Shown: positions 13,891 to 26,636 of the stretch, piece by piece | Layout: every line of letters begins with the position of its first letter | Position numbering within the stretch: position 1 is the stretch's first letter | Source: Bispira polyomma | Taxonomy: Eukaryota | NCBI GenBank assembly: GCA_965649765.1 | Contig: OZ287757.1 | Location: 35,092,001 to 35,156,000 of the forward strand | Reading direction: 5' to 3' | Length of the DNA stretch: 64,000 nucleotides | The notes under the pieces: model-generated | The model's input: only the letters and a program-made list of their open reading frames with translations | What the model was told of the DNA's origin: nothing | The model's database searches: none | Program-made: the position numbers and the translations under genes

Positions 13891-15231
13891 TGGGAGCCAA
13901 TGTTTGAATTTGTGCACAAAAAGTCTGTCAATTGGTGACTGAGATGTGATAAGTGTGTCCCCCTCTTTCAAAACTGAGTGTTGGTGATGATTGCAACCAT
14001 ACAAGTTAAGAATATCTGGATTTGTGGAGGCTTATGTCCTGTCTGTAACATTCACTAACCAGACTAGTGACTCTGAAGTCATCCACATTTTCTTGAAATA
14101 TCTTACGTTCCTGTAATTAGTTAAGCCCCACACTGTGTGCTTCTCATAAGCACTATTCATTTGGTCGTCATTGACATTTTTGAGATATGCTTGTTTTATT
14201 ACACCATTAACATCCTTTACTAAACTGCCCTTATCACTATCTACTAATGTTCGTCCGACTGGTTGTGAACCTTGTCCCTCATTATTGCCTGCCTGCTTGT
14301 TTGGCTGTTTACTAACATGAGCCTTGAAGCATTTGAATTCTGGGTGCGACGCGTCTTTTCCTAATGGTTTGCTGCAATACCAACATACATGTTGATATGT
14401 GCCATGATCAATCTTATGTGTCCATTTACTGTTGGTAAAAACCTTGCAAATGGATTTGTTCTCGGATGAGCCACCGTTGGCGCCACTGTTTTTTTATTCT
14501 CCATGGCCATCTGGCAGGCGATGATACACTTCGTTGCCAATTGAGTTTTGTCCCACCAGGACAGCCTGCTCTCCTCAATCTTGTGCATACTGAGGCCCCA
14601 GAAAATGTAGCTGCATCCCGCAGAGCGTGTATGACTTGGTTGACCATAGATTTCATTGTTGTTGCATCACTTACTTGTAACGTGGTGGCCAGCTGGCCTG
14701 CTGCCCATTTTGGCAATGTCAAGTTGTCATAGGCCGGTCTGCGACGAGCCAACCCAACAGCCCAACTTTCATTTGAAAATCTGAGTTTGGAGTCGACTAA
14801 AGAAATGTTACTTGTGTTCAGCCTTGCATTTTTGTCTTGCTGTATGCTTACCCTGTGCGAGGGCCCTCTGGGCCAGAGCCTCATAATCCGCCAGCTGCCT
14901 GGAAATGACCACTTGCACATGAGGGAAAGATCTAAGTTAATCCTGATTAGGCCTGATACCATCTCTACTGTAACTCTGATACGCTGTTGGGGGGGGGGGT
15001 GTGGAGCTTGCGTTTGTACATTTGTACAACCCTGTTGTATCTAGGGGGAGGCCATATTCTGGAACTTAGCTTGTTGCTGGGATGCCGCCTGAAAGTGGAA
15101 ATCAGCGTGGGCGAGTAGACCACCTGGATTAGATAAAAAATGAGGATTTATAGGGGGAGACACGATATAGGCAGTATTTGACAGTTCTATTTGGTTGTAA
15201 ATACTTGTAGCAATACAGTTTACCTGTATAC

Positions 15232-15257
15232 CACACACACACACACACACACACACC
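15232..15257. repeat. (CA)n microsatellite
   Basis: Run of ca dinucleotides. Confidence 0.9.
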
Positions 15258-16329
15258 CCACACCTTTTTGTCACCTTGTTGACTGCCTTTGTTTTCATCG
15301 CCTTCTTCTTCACACTTTGAATGGCTTTTTGATCCGTACCATGTCAAAGTACATGCTTAAAATTTTTCGCCATGTCCTTTACAGCGAGAAATGTACATTT
15401 AATATGGAGGATAGCTAGAGAGAATAATGGAGGCTAATGCCCTGGCATTCGCTAGGGACTTTAGGTGTATAAAAAAGTGAGAGTTTGACTGAACTAGCAG
15501 TCCCTAAAAGGGACTTGCTATGCAAAGTTATGGGAAGATAGATAACGATGTACTATTTTTCGAAATATCCGGACATTTTTACTTAATTTTCAGGAAAGAA
15601 AGAATAAATAATAGACTGACCAAAGGATAAACATGTATGTGACAATGCAAAATTTAAAGAATATCATTTAGTCAACAATGTCTGAAAAGGAAGATTAGAA
15701 CTATATTAAGTATTTACAATACGCTGTGATCACATGACTGACCTTGCAGTTTGGATTATTTATAGTTTGGTTATATTCTCCATGCTGTACAACACACATG
15801 TATACATACAGGTACATAATCAAATATCATTAACATATTTTACAATATGCTGTGATCAGATGACTGACCTGTATTTATGCTTCACTATATGCCTTATGCT
15901 GTCATTTTCTTTGCCAACTCATTAAATATTATAAATAGGTGTTATGGAGTTCTGGCATTGTGTCACGCCTGCAATGTATACATATTATATTCAAAATTTA
16001 TTATTGAGAAAGACTCTTATTGACAACCATCATTACCTATATGGGTTTTTCTATAGAATTAGCATATCATATTGTTGGATAACTATTGCTACTCTTTTTT
16101 ATTATTTCATTGATTATTGGCTTGACAAAACATGATACACAATCTTAATGGTAGAACCTTTGTGATTGGATGTTTTATAAGATAATGTACATCAAAACAT
16201 ATGTTATTCACTTGTCACTCTTAGAAACTAAATATAGCTTATCAATTTGAAGTCAAGCTGAAATATTATGTCATGAATCAGACATCAAATGCAAATAGTC
16301 ACAACTTTCTTTCAAGACGAACTGCTAAG

Positions 16330-16900
16330 TTCAACTTTCCTTTGTTGCACCTTTTAATGCCCAATCTCATTAGAATTTGACCTACATATAGCATATGGCC
16401 AACATTTGATAACTTTATGGCACAGCATGGTGGATATTCTTACAATATTATAAATTGCTTGAGAACAGCATTTGGACGTATATGGCTTTCAAACCTGACC
16501 ATAACTGAATTTAAAGAGTCAGTATAATCCATAAATCAAACAGTCATCTTTTATTTTTATGAATTATCACTGCCTCCTCCTCCACTGGTCATCTGACTGC
16601 GTGGGCTTCATTATTTATATATTGTCCTTGTTTTACCCTGTTTACAATCCCTCTCTTTCACTTCTCTAACTCATTGATGGACTCTGTCTCATCTCTCCTC
16701 TTTCTTTCCAACTCATCTGAAGATATCTCTACTTCAAACTCCCTCTCTTTCTCCTTCTCCGTCTCCACTTCCATCATCTTCCTTTTTACTGTCCTTCCTC
16801 TTGGCATAATTCCTTTTTGAATGATGTGTAATATAAAAAAGTCTAACTGTAAAATTTGCTCTGTATCAGTATAATTAAAAACAATAAAAACCCAAGCACG
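16330..16900 (-). mobile_element. Possible degenerate I-group LINE ORF1 (gag-like) 5' fragment
   Basis: SVMVRFESHIRPNAVLKQFIIL..EY.PP..LCHK...GH...ICR resembles the pre-CCHC/CCHC region of I-clade ORF1. A charged N-terminus lies in ORF 16658-16909. Confidence 0.3.
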
Positions 16901-18337
16901 AAAAAACACAACTCCAAGTACCAGTTTGCAATCTCCAAATACAACGAGTCCAGTACTGCTAGAATGGTTTTATACCCAAACACCCTGATCTGCATAAGTT
17001 CGATCCTTTTGGTCGGTACTGAATACGTCAGATCCTAATGCAGATAAGTTCTGCCGTATCCTCACCTGGTCAATCCTATGTGCCTCCCAGGCAAATCTGA
17101 TTAGTATGTTCTGTCCTACTCTGTTAAGTTTGATCGGGGTTAAAAAACGTATTCACACCAAGTTCTGCCAAGGTGACAAAAAGTTCGGTTGGGGTACAAT
17201 ACGTCAGGTCGGGAGTCAAATAAGTTTGATTGGATTGCCGGCCCATTCTGTCCTATTCACAATGGGGTCAATTTCAATAGGACAGGCCGGGCCAGTGATA
17301 GGACAGACCTGGAGTGTGCCCAGACCTATCCGACAGAACATTTTGACAATATGATCGAACGTATTCATTGTTAATGATTTGGAGGTGCAGGGAGGTAAGT
17401 CTGGGACCTTTTACAAAATATCAAACATGTTTGAAATTCTTCCAGAACTTTCCTATTTTGACTCTCGACCTATACATACATGCCCTAGACCTCAAAGTCG
17501 GGAAGGTCAGAGACCAAATTGGCAATGCGGAACCACCACTTCAGGTATTTCCACCAAAAGTAGATATCTATATTCTTGATGGTCGTAACTAGTTTGATAG
17601 AGATAGCAAGCCAATTCTGGTGGGTTACTTGAAGGCATATCATTCCAATGTAAAGAAAAACTCTTTATGTAAATATAAAGAAATATCATTTTAGGTAGTG
17701 TTATAAGATACATTTTATTTAATTAACTAAAAACTAACAAAACATACATTGATAAAAGTCAGTATAATATATGCTTCATTGGGGAAATCTCTGATCTGCT
17801 TTTAGAAACAAAAACAGTGGTAATGTTTCCATTAAACCTTTTCTTCCATGTTCCCAGTCATCCTCTAGGAAACATGTTCATAAAAGACTCTAAAACTCAA
17901 GAAATTTATGACAGTTACACCTTTTTCACTCCAATATTTTTTTTAATCAAGCTATGAAGCTTGTGACCAAGAAGTGTGTTTAGTGCTTTTCAATACGATA
18001 TATTTATGTCTTCAGTTGTCACATCGAAAGGATGTGCATGCAATGTATGATATTTCATATTATATTTTCTACTTTTTTTGCAACGTATGTCTTATATATT
18101 TCTCCCATGTTATGCCTCTTTTTATATTTTGCAGTAACCTGTGATTCCTGACAATTTTTCAGATGTCACTGTATATTGGATTTACATTATCTTACATCAA
18201 GTGATTAATGCACAAATTGATTATGAATCTTGATACACCTCCCTGAGATGTGCAACTTGTCAATTTGTGTATTATCTAAATGTATGTAAATGTATGTAGG
18301 TTTATAGTCTCATATCATCTCTATTGAGGTATTTAGT

Positions 18338-18555
18338 CGACTTTACAGTTTACACCCCAAACCCTGGGTTCTTCCACTTGTCAACCAATTTTTCAGTCTC
18401 AGCTCCCTCAGGAAGCATACTAGCCATGCTGCCACATCCAGTACACTAAAACTAACACCCATTAGCAGCCAAGTACTCATTTATACACCTGGGTAGAGAG
18501 TGACAACTCTCCAGGTCTACCATGAGTTTCAAACAGGGACACTCAAAAACCACAG
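18338..18555 (-). mobile_element. tRNA-derived SINE family A, partial copy
   Basis: Shares ctgggttcttc.acttgtcaacc...cagctccctcagg.agcatactagcc...catttata.acctgggtagagag with the copies at 41015, 49935 and 56823. Confidence 0.75.
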
Positions 18556-19229
18556 GATTATCATTGGGTTGTAAATATCATGCTTTTCATTTATTAGTAC
18601 ATAGTTTTTATTATTGATAAATTTTTAATAATATATTGTCAGGTATACAAATCTTGATAGTAAGGTAGCATTGATAGGACCCAATATCAGAAAACTATCA
18701 TTTTAAGAGTTGTAATGGCTTGAGCACATTATGTAATTTGCACCTCAATAAACATGTAGCACGACACTGATCTGGAAAGTCAGACGTTTTTTTGAGCTAT
18801 GTGGTCATACATTTGCCTCTGTGTAACTGGGCACAATAGAAATTAGACTTAGCCAATAATTAAGCTAAGTCCAGTCCTAAATCTAAGGATTTTGTCTTAA
18901 GTTTGGGGCTTAAATGGTATTCACTAAAACGCCTAACCTAAGACTATGTTAAAGACAATAGTCTTAACTTCATATTGTTTTATTTACAGTGATACAACAT
19001 AATGTTTACACATTTTTTACACACTAATATACTAAGTGTTTAGGCGTATAGTACCATCCCAAAGAAAACAAACTAATTATCCAGTAAACGTTTTCTTTCC
19101 TTAGACTTAAGTTTTAGATTAAGCCTAAACCCTGGATAAGACCTTTCGTAAATACTATCCCTGGACCTTACATGCCACAGATTAGTGGTTCACCTCTTAG
19201 AAAAGCCAAATAAGTATATTATTATTTTT

Positions 19230-19800
19230 ATTATTAATATTTCATTTATTGTCACTTGGTTATAACATGTATACAATATTTATATAATAAGACCGCCAAC
19301 AAAGTGGCGTACATTAAACCAGCCAGGCAATTTTGACCTACGAAGCATTTAGAATATAGTTGTTCCAAATTTATATTTAAAAGTTAACATAGGATATTTT
19401 ATACTAACAAGTTAGAGTGAATAAAGAATAAACCAGTCATAGAAATTTACATAACATATATTAGTGATTGTCATTCCAAGAGTTCACAATATATTGTACA
19501 AAACCCTAAATTATACCAGTATTTGTCATTAAAAATTCCCATTTATCTTTGACAGACATATTAACAAATGATTGTTCTAGAGTAATTGCTTGGTCATATA
19601 AAATACACATTACAATTAGATACAAAATGTTCCTCATCCTCTATCGAATTTGTAGCGCAGATCTTGCACCTCCTATTTAACAATGGTGTGTTGGTAAACC
19701 GACCTATTTTTATATGCAGAAGGAGTATACCACATCGCAGCTAAGCAATGAAGGATCTGTAGGTAGAATTTTTTATGTAGGGATAGTTCTCGGAGCCATA
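19230..19800 (-). mobile_element. RTEX/Proto2-like LINE 3' end relic with C-terminal CCHC finger
   Basis: Minus strand reads RSFIA*LRCGILLLHIKIGRFTNTPLLNRRCKICATNSIEDEEHFVSNCNVY, followed by aataaa and a (taa)-rich tail near 19220-19250. Confidence 0.65.
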
Positions 19801-21527
19801 GTGTCGCTTATAGATGTAGTTGTAATGTGTGGTATGTCATAGTATTGAGCACATTGTGTAATTTTGAGCTTAAGGGGGACATTATAGACACTCATCAAAA
19901 TATGTTTATACCTTTCAATTTGGTAATGTCCTTCTGTGTTAAACAAATTACTAAAATATATATACAACTACAATGGTATTCACTGGGGATTCAGGAATGA
20001 CAAGTAAAATGTGTAATAACATTTTAAGTAAGCAGTGATTGTAATGAAATGGCTTAAATAAGAGATACAATAACAGCAAATTATCAGGGTTAAGGTGCCA
20101 CAGTTCAAGATATATCTAGTGTATATGTGGTCTCAAAATTAGGTGGATAACACTCGTTTAAGTTATAAATTTCACCAAGGAAATGGGGCATTTAGTCCAT
20201 CTTAACAGTAGCATAAAATGTTAGCCTTATCTTATCTTAAAACATATTGATATGCAATTATTGTATTGTTTGAAGGGTACATTATAGAATTCAAGAACAA
20301 AAATTAAAGCTGCATTTATTTGGAATTTAGATATTTGGTCATATTAAGACTCCCAGATCTAATGCTGGAGGATAACAACAGCATTTTGTACTCTGGTTTC
20401 ATCTCTGCGTCAAGAAGCTAACAAAATTCCCATATGAAGGAAGCAGTGATATTTGATCAGGGTGTTCTCAGAGCTATAAGAGGCTAGATGTATTAAAGCA
20501 AACCCTTATTACTATGACAGTATACCCTACTGATGTCATAATAGACTCTATTTGGTAGTAATGTATGGTTTAGCTAGCTAAGGAGACAGACAGTAAAAAC
20601 TAAAATAGACTTTCCATTAGTTGTGTTGCTTGTTTTGAGAGTAGGGTTTATGTTTTAGCTAGTGGGTATAACCGTCCTACTATATTTTAAAATTGTGTCT
20701 TGAACAAACTTGTACATAAAATAATATTACAGTATCTTTGTGTAAAATGTATTATAGTCCATGAGATTCACTTTTATTCAAATTCTTAAAGCCATCTTAA
20801 CTGTAATTCCTACTCAAATGTTTAAGGTAACCTCAACTTTCGTAAATAAAGTAATATTCTTAGAGTCTGTACTTTTCGAGTATATCTGACATAGTGATCA
20901 ACTATTTATGCCCAAATTATAGTATTTTTTATTTTTCTTCAATTTCTCAACCTTAAACTTCAGGAGAGGCAATGAGTACTATTTGCTCACGGTTGCCTGT
21001 CAAGTCGAGAAAAGCAAAATTTCAATTAAAGATAAATATTATGAATTATCCAAGCATTTAACGTGAGGAATATTACTAGAAAAAGGAGAGTCTTGCAAGT
21101 TCCTTGGAATAAAATGATGTATATAAAGCATATATATAGTGTAAAGAACCTACCTACTGAAATAGGGCAATATAAGGCAAAAAGGCAAGTTTAAAATATT
21201 TTAAATAAAATCACTTTTAGGTATTCATTTTTATTTTTTATATATTGATACCAGATCTTTTGAAGTAAATAAGACAGACATTTTAACAAAAAAAAAACAC
21301 ACCAATATAACAATGCCAAGTATCTTCACTAAAAGCATTATGTTAAAATATAAAAATAATAAACTTTATAAAGGTTAAAGTGTTAGTATTGACTGTGTAT
21401 ACATAGAAGAAAATTTCTGTATTGCAATTTTTATTGCTTCTTGCTAAGATCATTAACATCAAAATATATGCTCAAGATTAACTTTATGATTGAATTATAT
21501 GCATATTACACATCTATGAAATATTTA

Positions 21528-22003
21528 ACATTTCACCTGGGGCAGAAATGCATTGTATTTGTGAGCATTTTACCAGGGCAGAATTTCATTGTATTTAAAA
21601 GCATTTCACCTGGACAGAAGTTCATTGTATTTAAAAGCATTTCTCCTGGCCAGGATTTCATTGTATTAAAAAAGCATTTCAGCAGGGCAGAATTTGATTG
21701 TATTTAAAAAACATTTCAGCAGGGCAGAATTTCATTATATTTAAGAGCATTTCACCTGGGCAGAATTTCATTGTATTTAAGAACATTTCACCTGGCCAGA
21801 ATTTCATTGTATTCAAGAGCATTTCACCTGGAACCGTATTCACGAAGGGACTTAGCCAGGGCTTAGGCTTAAATCTAGCACAAAAGTATACTGATTTAAG
21901 CCTAAGACCTGGCTAAGTCCCTTCTTGAATACGGCCCCTCGGCACAATTTCCTTATATTTAAGAGCATTTCACCTGGGCGAAATTTCAATGTATTTAAGA
22001 GCA
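21528..22003. repeat. 36-bp minisatellite, about 10 copies, interrupted by a MITE
   Basis: Unit gagcatttcacctgggcagaatttcattgtatttaa. It explains the KSISPGQNFIVF repeats in ORFs 21441 and 21698. Confidence 0.95.
21831..21937. mobile_element. Palindromic MITE (PIF/Harbinger-like), 3-bp TSD ctg/ctc
   Basis: ccgtattcacgaagggacttagccagggcttaggcttaaatc pairs with gatttaagcctaagacctggctaagtcccttcttgaatacgg. Related ends occur at about 19115-19162, 24885-24990, 37773-37820 and 62911-62960. Confidence 0.85.
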
Positions 22004-22225
22004 ACACTTTTGTATATTTAGATATATATTCATTGTAGAAGAAAAGCAGTAATTGCCAAATGTATCTGAAAGCAAATAGAAAAAGGCCAATACATTATAC
22101 CACCCTTACAAAATATATATTGATTCTTCTAAAACCTATACAGAAGCCATATGCACTCTTAATGCAGTGTGTGAAGTGCACCCGTACTCCTAAAAGTACA
22201 TCCGTACATCCGTTATTGCATCAAT

Positions 22226-24661
22226 TTACATCTGCTTCTGTTGCATGGACCCAGAAGCATCCTTACTAGCAAACATGTACTCGATGAACTCTTCATAATT
22301 TACGTGACCATCACAGTTCTTGTCCATAAGGGTCATCATCCTCTGAATCTCATCCTCCGACAGGTGGCGCCCTATCTCATCAAACACTGATTTTAGCTCG
22401 CAACCCTCTATGAACCCATTGCCATCTTTGTCAAATGACCTGAACAGTTGCCGCATATTTGCTTCTCTGGGGAAAAAATGGCAAGAGAACACTTGAACAT
22501 ATTTGAATAAGGCTATTTTGTTCAATTTGGTTATCAAATTCATATTTGTTGCAGCTCCAAAAATGATTTATAACGAGGATCATGGATACACCTTTCTATT
22601 TAATAATTTAATAATACAGTTTAGAACTTTAGAAACAATCAGTTATATTATTATTTTATAACAGTACTCATTAATGTAATTTAAGTATCAGAAATCAGTT
22701 AATTTTTTTGGTATTATTATATAAAGGCATCTGGACTGAACAATAGCTGTAGTTCTTAGAGGCATGCTCTGGACAAGGGTCTGTAAGGTTCTTGAAATAA
22801 ATAGGTAATTGCTCACTCTTCCTGTAAAGCCTGTTCCGGTTAAATTCAATTTGAAGTTTCCAAATATCTATATGAAAGAGCTTCGCCTAAGATGACCGCA
22901 AAGTGGGTTAATATCCAGGTAGAGTGACAGACTGATGAATACAAATAAACCATGAATAGTGAGAGAATGTTTCAGATCAAATGTACGTTTGTGTCAGATT
23001 TGAGACAAAATTTTCATTTTAACATTATATATACTAGATCAGACACAAGTATCAGCTCACCCTTTTTTTGAAAACATAAAAACCCCAGTAGCTTTGAGTA
23101 TCAAACTGTCTACTCACTTGGAGGTCTGCGGAGGAATCTGTCCCATAACTTCAAGGTATTCCTCCAGGGATACCTGGTTATCGCCCGATGTGTCTGTGGC
23201 CATAAAGAATTTCTAGTGGGAAAATATAAATACAGAAGAACCTTTAGTATCCGAAGGGGGGAGGAGTAGTTTTGTTCAGATAATAGCTGGTAGGCTCATT
23301 TCATAGTACAAGTATTGATTTGTTGTATCAAACAAAAAGGCAATCATGAATTTTTGGAGTCAAAAAAATTGACTCTTTTCAAATAATAGACGTTCGGATA
23401 ATAGAGGCTCTACAGTAATAGCAGCAAAATCTGAAATGATGTTTTGGTTCTGATTTTATACTAATGTCATGCATGTATTTTTATAGTCATATCATGGCCT
23501 TGCTCTTAATTTATTACAATTAAATTTAATCTTAAATGATTTCACACAAATGACATGCATGCATGTTTACAGTCATATAATAACCTTGCTCTTGATTTAT
23601 TACAATTTAATCAATTTTTTTAAAATATGGTGGTAAATTTGAGCTTTATGTCACTTTCCACAACTCAGCTTGTGTTATGATGACCAGATGTATGATGCTA
23701 AAGGAAACCAGTATTGACCCCAAAGGCTTTTAATAGAGGAACACAGTAATTATGACTCATTTGTCACATCAACTACTATAGTTATACAGAGTAATGTCTA
23801 TGACAGCTTTTGGTATGTTGTTACTATCGCTATCATATGAATACCACCAATACCATTCACTCATCATTTTTCATTCCATATTTTAAATACAGATGCAAAA
23901 GTATAGCAAAAACAATTGTAAAATTAAACACATTCAACTCTCATAGAAATCATTCTGATTGCTATCAGTCATAGCCTAGTGTATTAGTCTAATCTTTTAT
24001 GAGTATTTACTCAGTAAACATCAAAGGAAACATAAAGTAAAACAAATATTTTCCCGCATTTATGGACAACGTGGAAATGTATTGCTTATGGAGGATGTTC
24101 CACTACTGTGTACAATCATTGACAAAGCTCTATTGTAAGTGTATTGTTATTTGAATGCTGCTGTGCATTATATTTTACAAAGGACAGTTTATTGATGGAG
24201 TAGCTGGCTGAGGTGTTGTGAACTACAAACCACCTGCGTTCAGTAAACCCTACCGTAATCAACAGAAATTGCTTGGCTCTGCTGTAATCTTATGACGATG
24301 CTTGGTACTGCTAGGATTCGATCATAGGTTGTTGTTTTTAACTTCAACTACTGGGGGTATATTTGCTAGGTACCAGTAGAAATGGCTTTGGTTTCCTCCA
24401 CCAATAAATCTGGTCATCAAAATATGAGACCAAAATTGTTGATAGTGTTGTAAAAAATTTTCAATCAGAACTATTGGACAGCCGACATATTTAGGACATA
24501 TTTTTTCCCTATTGTAGAATCTATCTAACCATGATCTGTTCATCCGTGCCTTTGTAACCTTTACACCGCATCATGTCTGCCATCTCTTGGAATGTCAGGT
24601 AACCATCATTGTCCCTGTCTGCCTCTCTGAAGAATTCTTCGTATTTGTTTGTGGTGCTCAT
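22226..24661 (-). CDS. Calmodulin-like four-EF-hand protein, paralog 1 (155 aa)
   Basis: Exons 24661-24530 (MSTTNKYEEFFREADRDNDGYLTFQE...EQIM), 23212-23118 (KFFMATDTSGDNQVSLEEYLEVMGQIPPQTS) and 22466-22226 (EANMRQLFRSFDKDGNGFIEGCE...MDKNCDGHVNYEEF...QM*). GT-AG introns, phases 0 and 2, frame preserved. Confidence 0.93.
23233..23415. mobile_element. Tc1/pogo-like MITE with TA TSD
   Basis: ta|cagaagaacctttagtatccgaag ... cgttcggataatagaggctctacag|ta. A related short copy is at 48289-48357. Confidence 0.7.
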
Positions 24662-25550
24662 GGTGATCAAGTTCCTGTGATCTGTAATGATGCAATATTG
24701 GAAATGTGCAGTGGGCTTAATATACCGCCATTGTAAAAGTTTGTTTAGTGTCACAATTGACATGTTCTCTGTCATATATGGACAGTTTATTAGTGAAGGA
24801 AATACGAGCAGGGTAGATGGTCAAGGCTGTGCAAGTCACTGGTCTTCAGAAAGCCCACTGTTAATTTTTTCCACTTACACACCAGGGGTGCTATTAACAA
24901 AAAGGGCTAGACATTGTCCTAAATCTAGCACAAAAGTATACTACATCAAAGACAAATTCTTGGCTTAGCTCTTTTGTGAATTTGCACTAGTGAATTCATA
25001 GTGAATTCACAGAATGGATAGGTGGTAAGAGATGTTTTGAAAATTTTCTTGAAACACTGGGAATCTTAAATTCAGCTTCCTTCCCTAACCTTCTACAGTC
25101 GGTCGTACGACGTGGAAAAGCCAGAAAAATACTTCTACCCATTTTCAAGTATTGTCAAATCGCTAACTCTTCCGTTCCAGTAATTGTGTGTTATGGGCCA
25201 TTTCCATCTGTAAGTCTTTTTTTTTTTTTTTTTGAAAAATATCATTTTATTTCCTCTTTAGTATATGATGTACAATAACAATAATGAAATATAACAAAGT
25301 GACCAATTCACACATTAATTTGTATATTATAACAATTACTAATATTCTCTGTTTGATCATAAATGTAAAAATTTAAGTTGAAGCATACTCCAAAACTTAA
25401 CATTCAATATAATATAAGCCCATGAAACTATTTATAATTAAAGACACATAGTTTTAACAAGGTCAATAAGAAGACAATCATATGAAATAACAGTTTTGTA
25501 ATAAATCATGGTTTAGTATTTCATTAAGTTCCTCGTACAAATAAAATATT

Positions 25551-26636
25551 TTAGATAGCTTCAATAATTGATTTCCACACCAACCATTTTTTACTAAAGT
25601 TTTCAAAGCAATTGTTTACTTTAGATAGCATTTCCTGTTCTTCATATTTTATCTTAATTATTTTCTGACGATAGTAAATATTCAAGCTCCTACTACATTT
25701 GGCACACATAAAAATATAATATCTTGTGATTAATAAAATAAAATTCAGAGGCCAAAAGTTTTCATCTTGAATGTGATAACATAGAATTTTCATGGTGCTA
25801 TCTAAAGCAATGTCAAATCCAATTTTTGCTTTAATCCAGTTTTGAACGTTTAGCCATAGATCATTTACTTTATGACACTCTGAAAACAAATGTAAACAAT
25901 TTTCCCTAACCTGTCCACAGAGTCTGCACAGGTTACAACTGACTACTTTAATTTTTTTTAAATAGTCATTGGTGCTGATTATATTTCGAATAATTTTGTA
26001 TTGAAACCATTTATAGACATTTTCGTTTATTGATTGAAAACAACTTTTATAGACTACTTTCCAAAATACAGGAGTGTATTCCAATTTTAATTCTAAACTC
26101 CACTTTGTTTCAATAGTTAAAGGGATTTTGTTAAGTTGGGTAAAATAGGTATACAAATTTTTGAAGTATAATAGTGGTTTTAGATGAAATGGGATATATG
26201 GCCTTGAAAACTGAAAATAATTTTCACACTTTTTACTTTCCACATACTTGGATACACATTTTTTAACTGTGATGTAGTTTAAAAAATTAACATTAAATTT
26301 ATACTTTTGCCTTAATTCATCCAAGCTAAATATATTTCCTTCCAAGTTTAAAATATCTCCTATGACATGAATACCAGTTTTGTACCAATCTGGAAAGTAT
26401 AGATTATTTTTTGAGATCTGAGGGTTATACCAAATATAGGTACACAGTATATCCTCATTTATTATCACTTTTTGGTGGGAACAAAATTCTTCCCAATATT
26501 GAAAAACATTTTCCCAAAACGGATTCAACCTGTTTCTAAAGGAAGACCACCATTTTCCACCTATACTTGTCACACAGTTTAAATTTCCAGTTGTATGCTG
26601 CAAAAGCTGATGCCATGATCTCGACTCAGAAGCCAT
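25551..26636 (-). CDS. LINE ORF2 C-terminal part (zf-RVT / CCHC finger), separated from the EN-RT part by a frameshift
   Basis: FQYKIIRNIISTN..L.KIK....LCRLC.QVRENCLHLFSEC..V..LW is the typical Tx1/L1 C-terminus. It overlaps the end of the 902-aa ORF in another frame. Confidence 0.88.
   Translation of the reverse strand: MASESRSWHQLLQHTTGNLNCVTSIGGKWWSSFRNRLNPFWENVFQYWEEFCSHQKVIINEDILCTYIWYNPQISKNNLYFPDWYKTGIHVIGDILNLEGNIFSLDELRQKYKFNVNFLNYITVKKCVSKYVESKKCENYFQFSRPYIPFHLKPLLYFKNLYTYFTQLNKIPLTIETKWSLELKLEYTPVFWKVVYKSCFQSINENVYKWFQYKIIRNIISTNDYLKKIKVVSCNLCRLCGQVRENCLHLFSECHKVNDLWLNVQNWIKAKIGFDIALDSTMKILCYHIQDENFWPLNFILLITRYYIFMCAKCSRSLNIYYRQKIIKIKYEEQEMLSKVNNCFENFSKKWLVWKSIIEAI

Larger units (their letters stand above)
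11400..15560 (-). mobile_element. Decayed DIRS/Ngaro-like tyrosine-recombinase retrotransposon (gag-like, RT, RNase H, YR); ends approximate
   Basis: Gag-like ORFs at 14361-14962. RT at 12555-12992 (HRVILNLSYPHGQSVN, LFKVD.SAF). RNase H remnant LRNIWLFAATYDI...HIP at 12273-12527. YR box HTFRRSGAT...IMSHDLWRSSAV at 11513-11854. Many stops and frameshifts. Confidence 0.85.

Noticed and set aside
21528-22003. CRISPR-like array or repeat-protein ORFs (21441-21707, 21698-21916)
   Set aside because: The units are head-to-tail with no unique spacers and no cas genes. The ORFs are open only because the 36-bp unit is a multiple of three.
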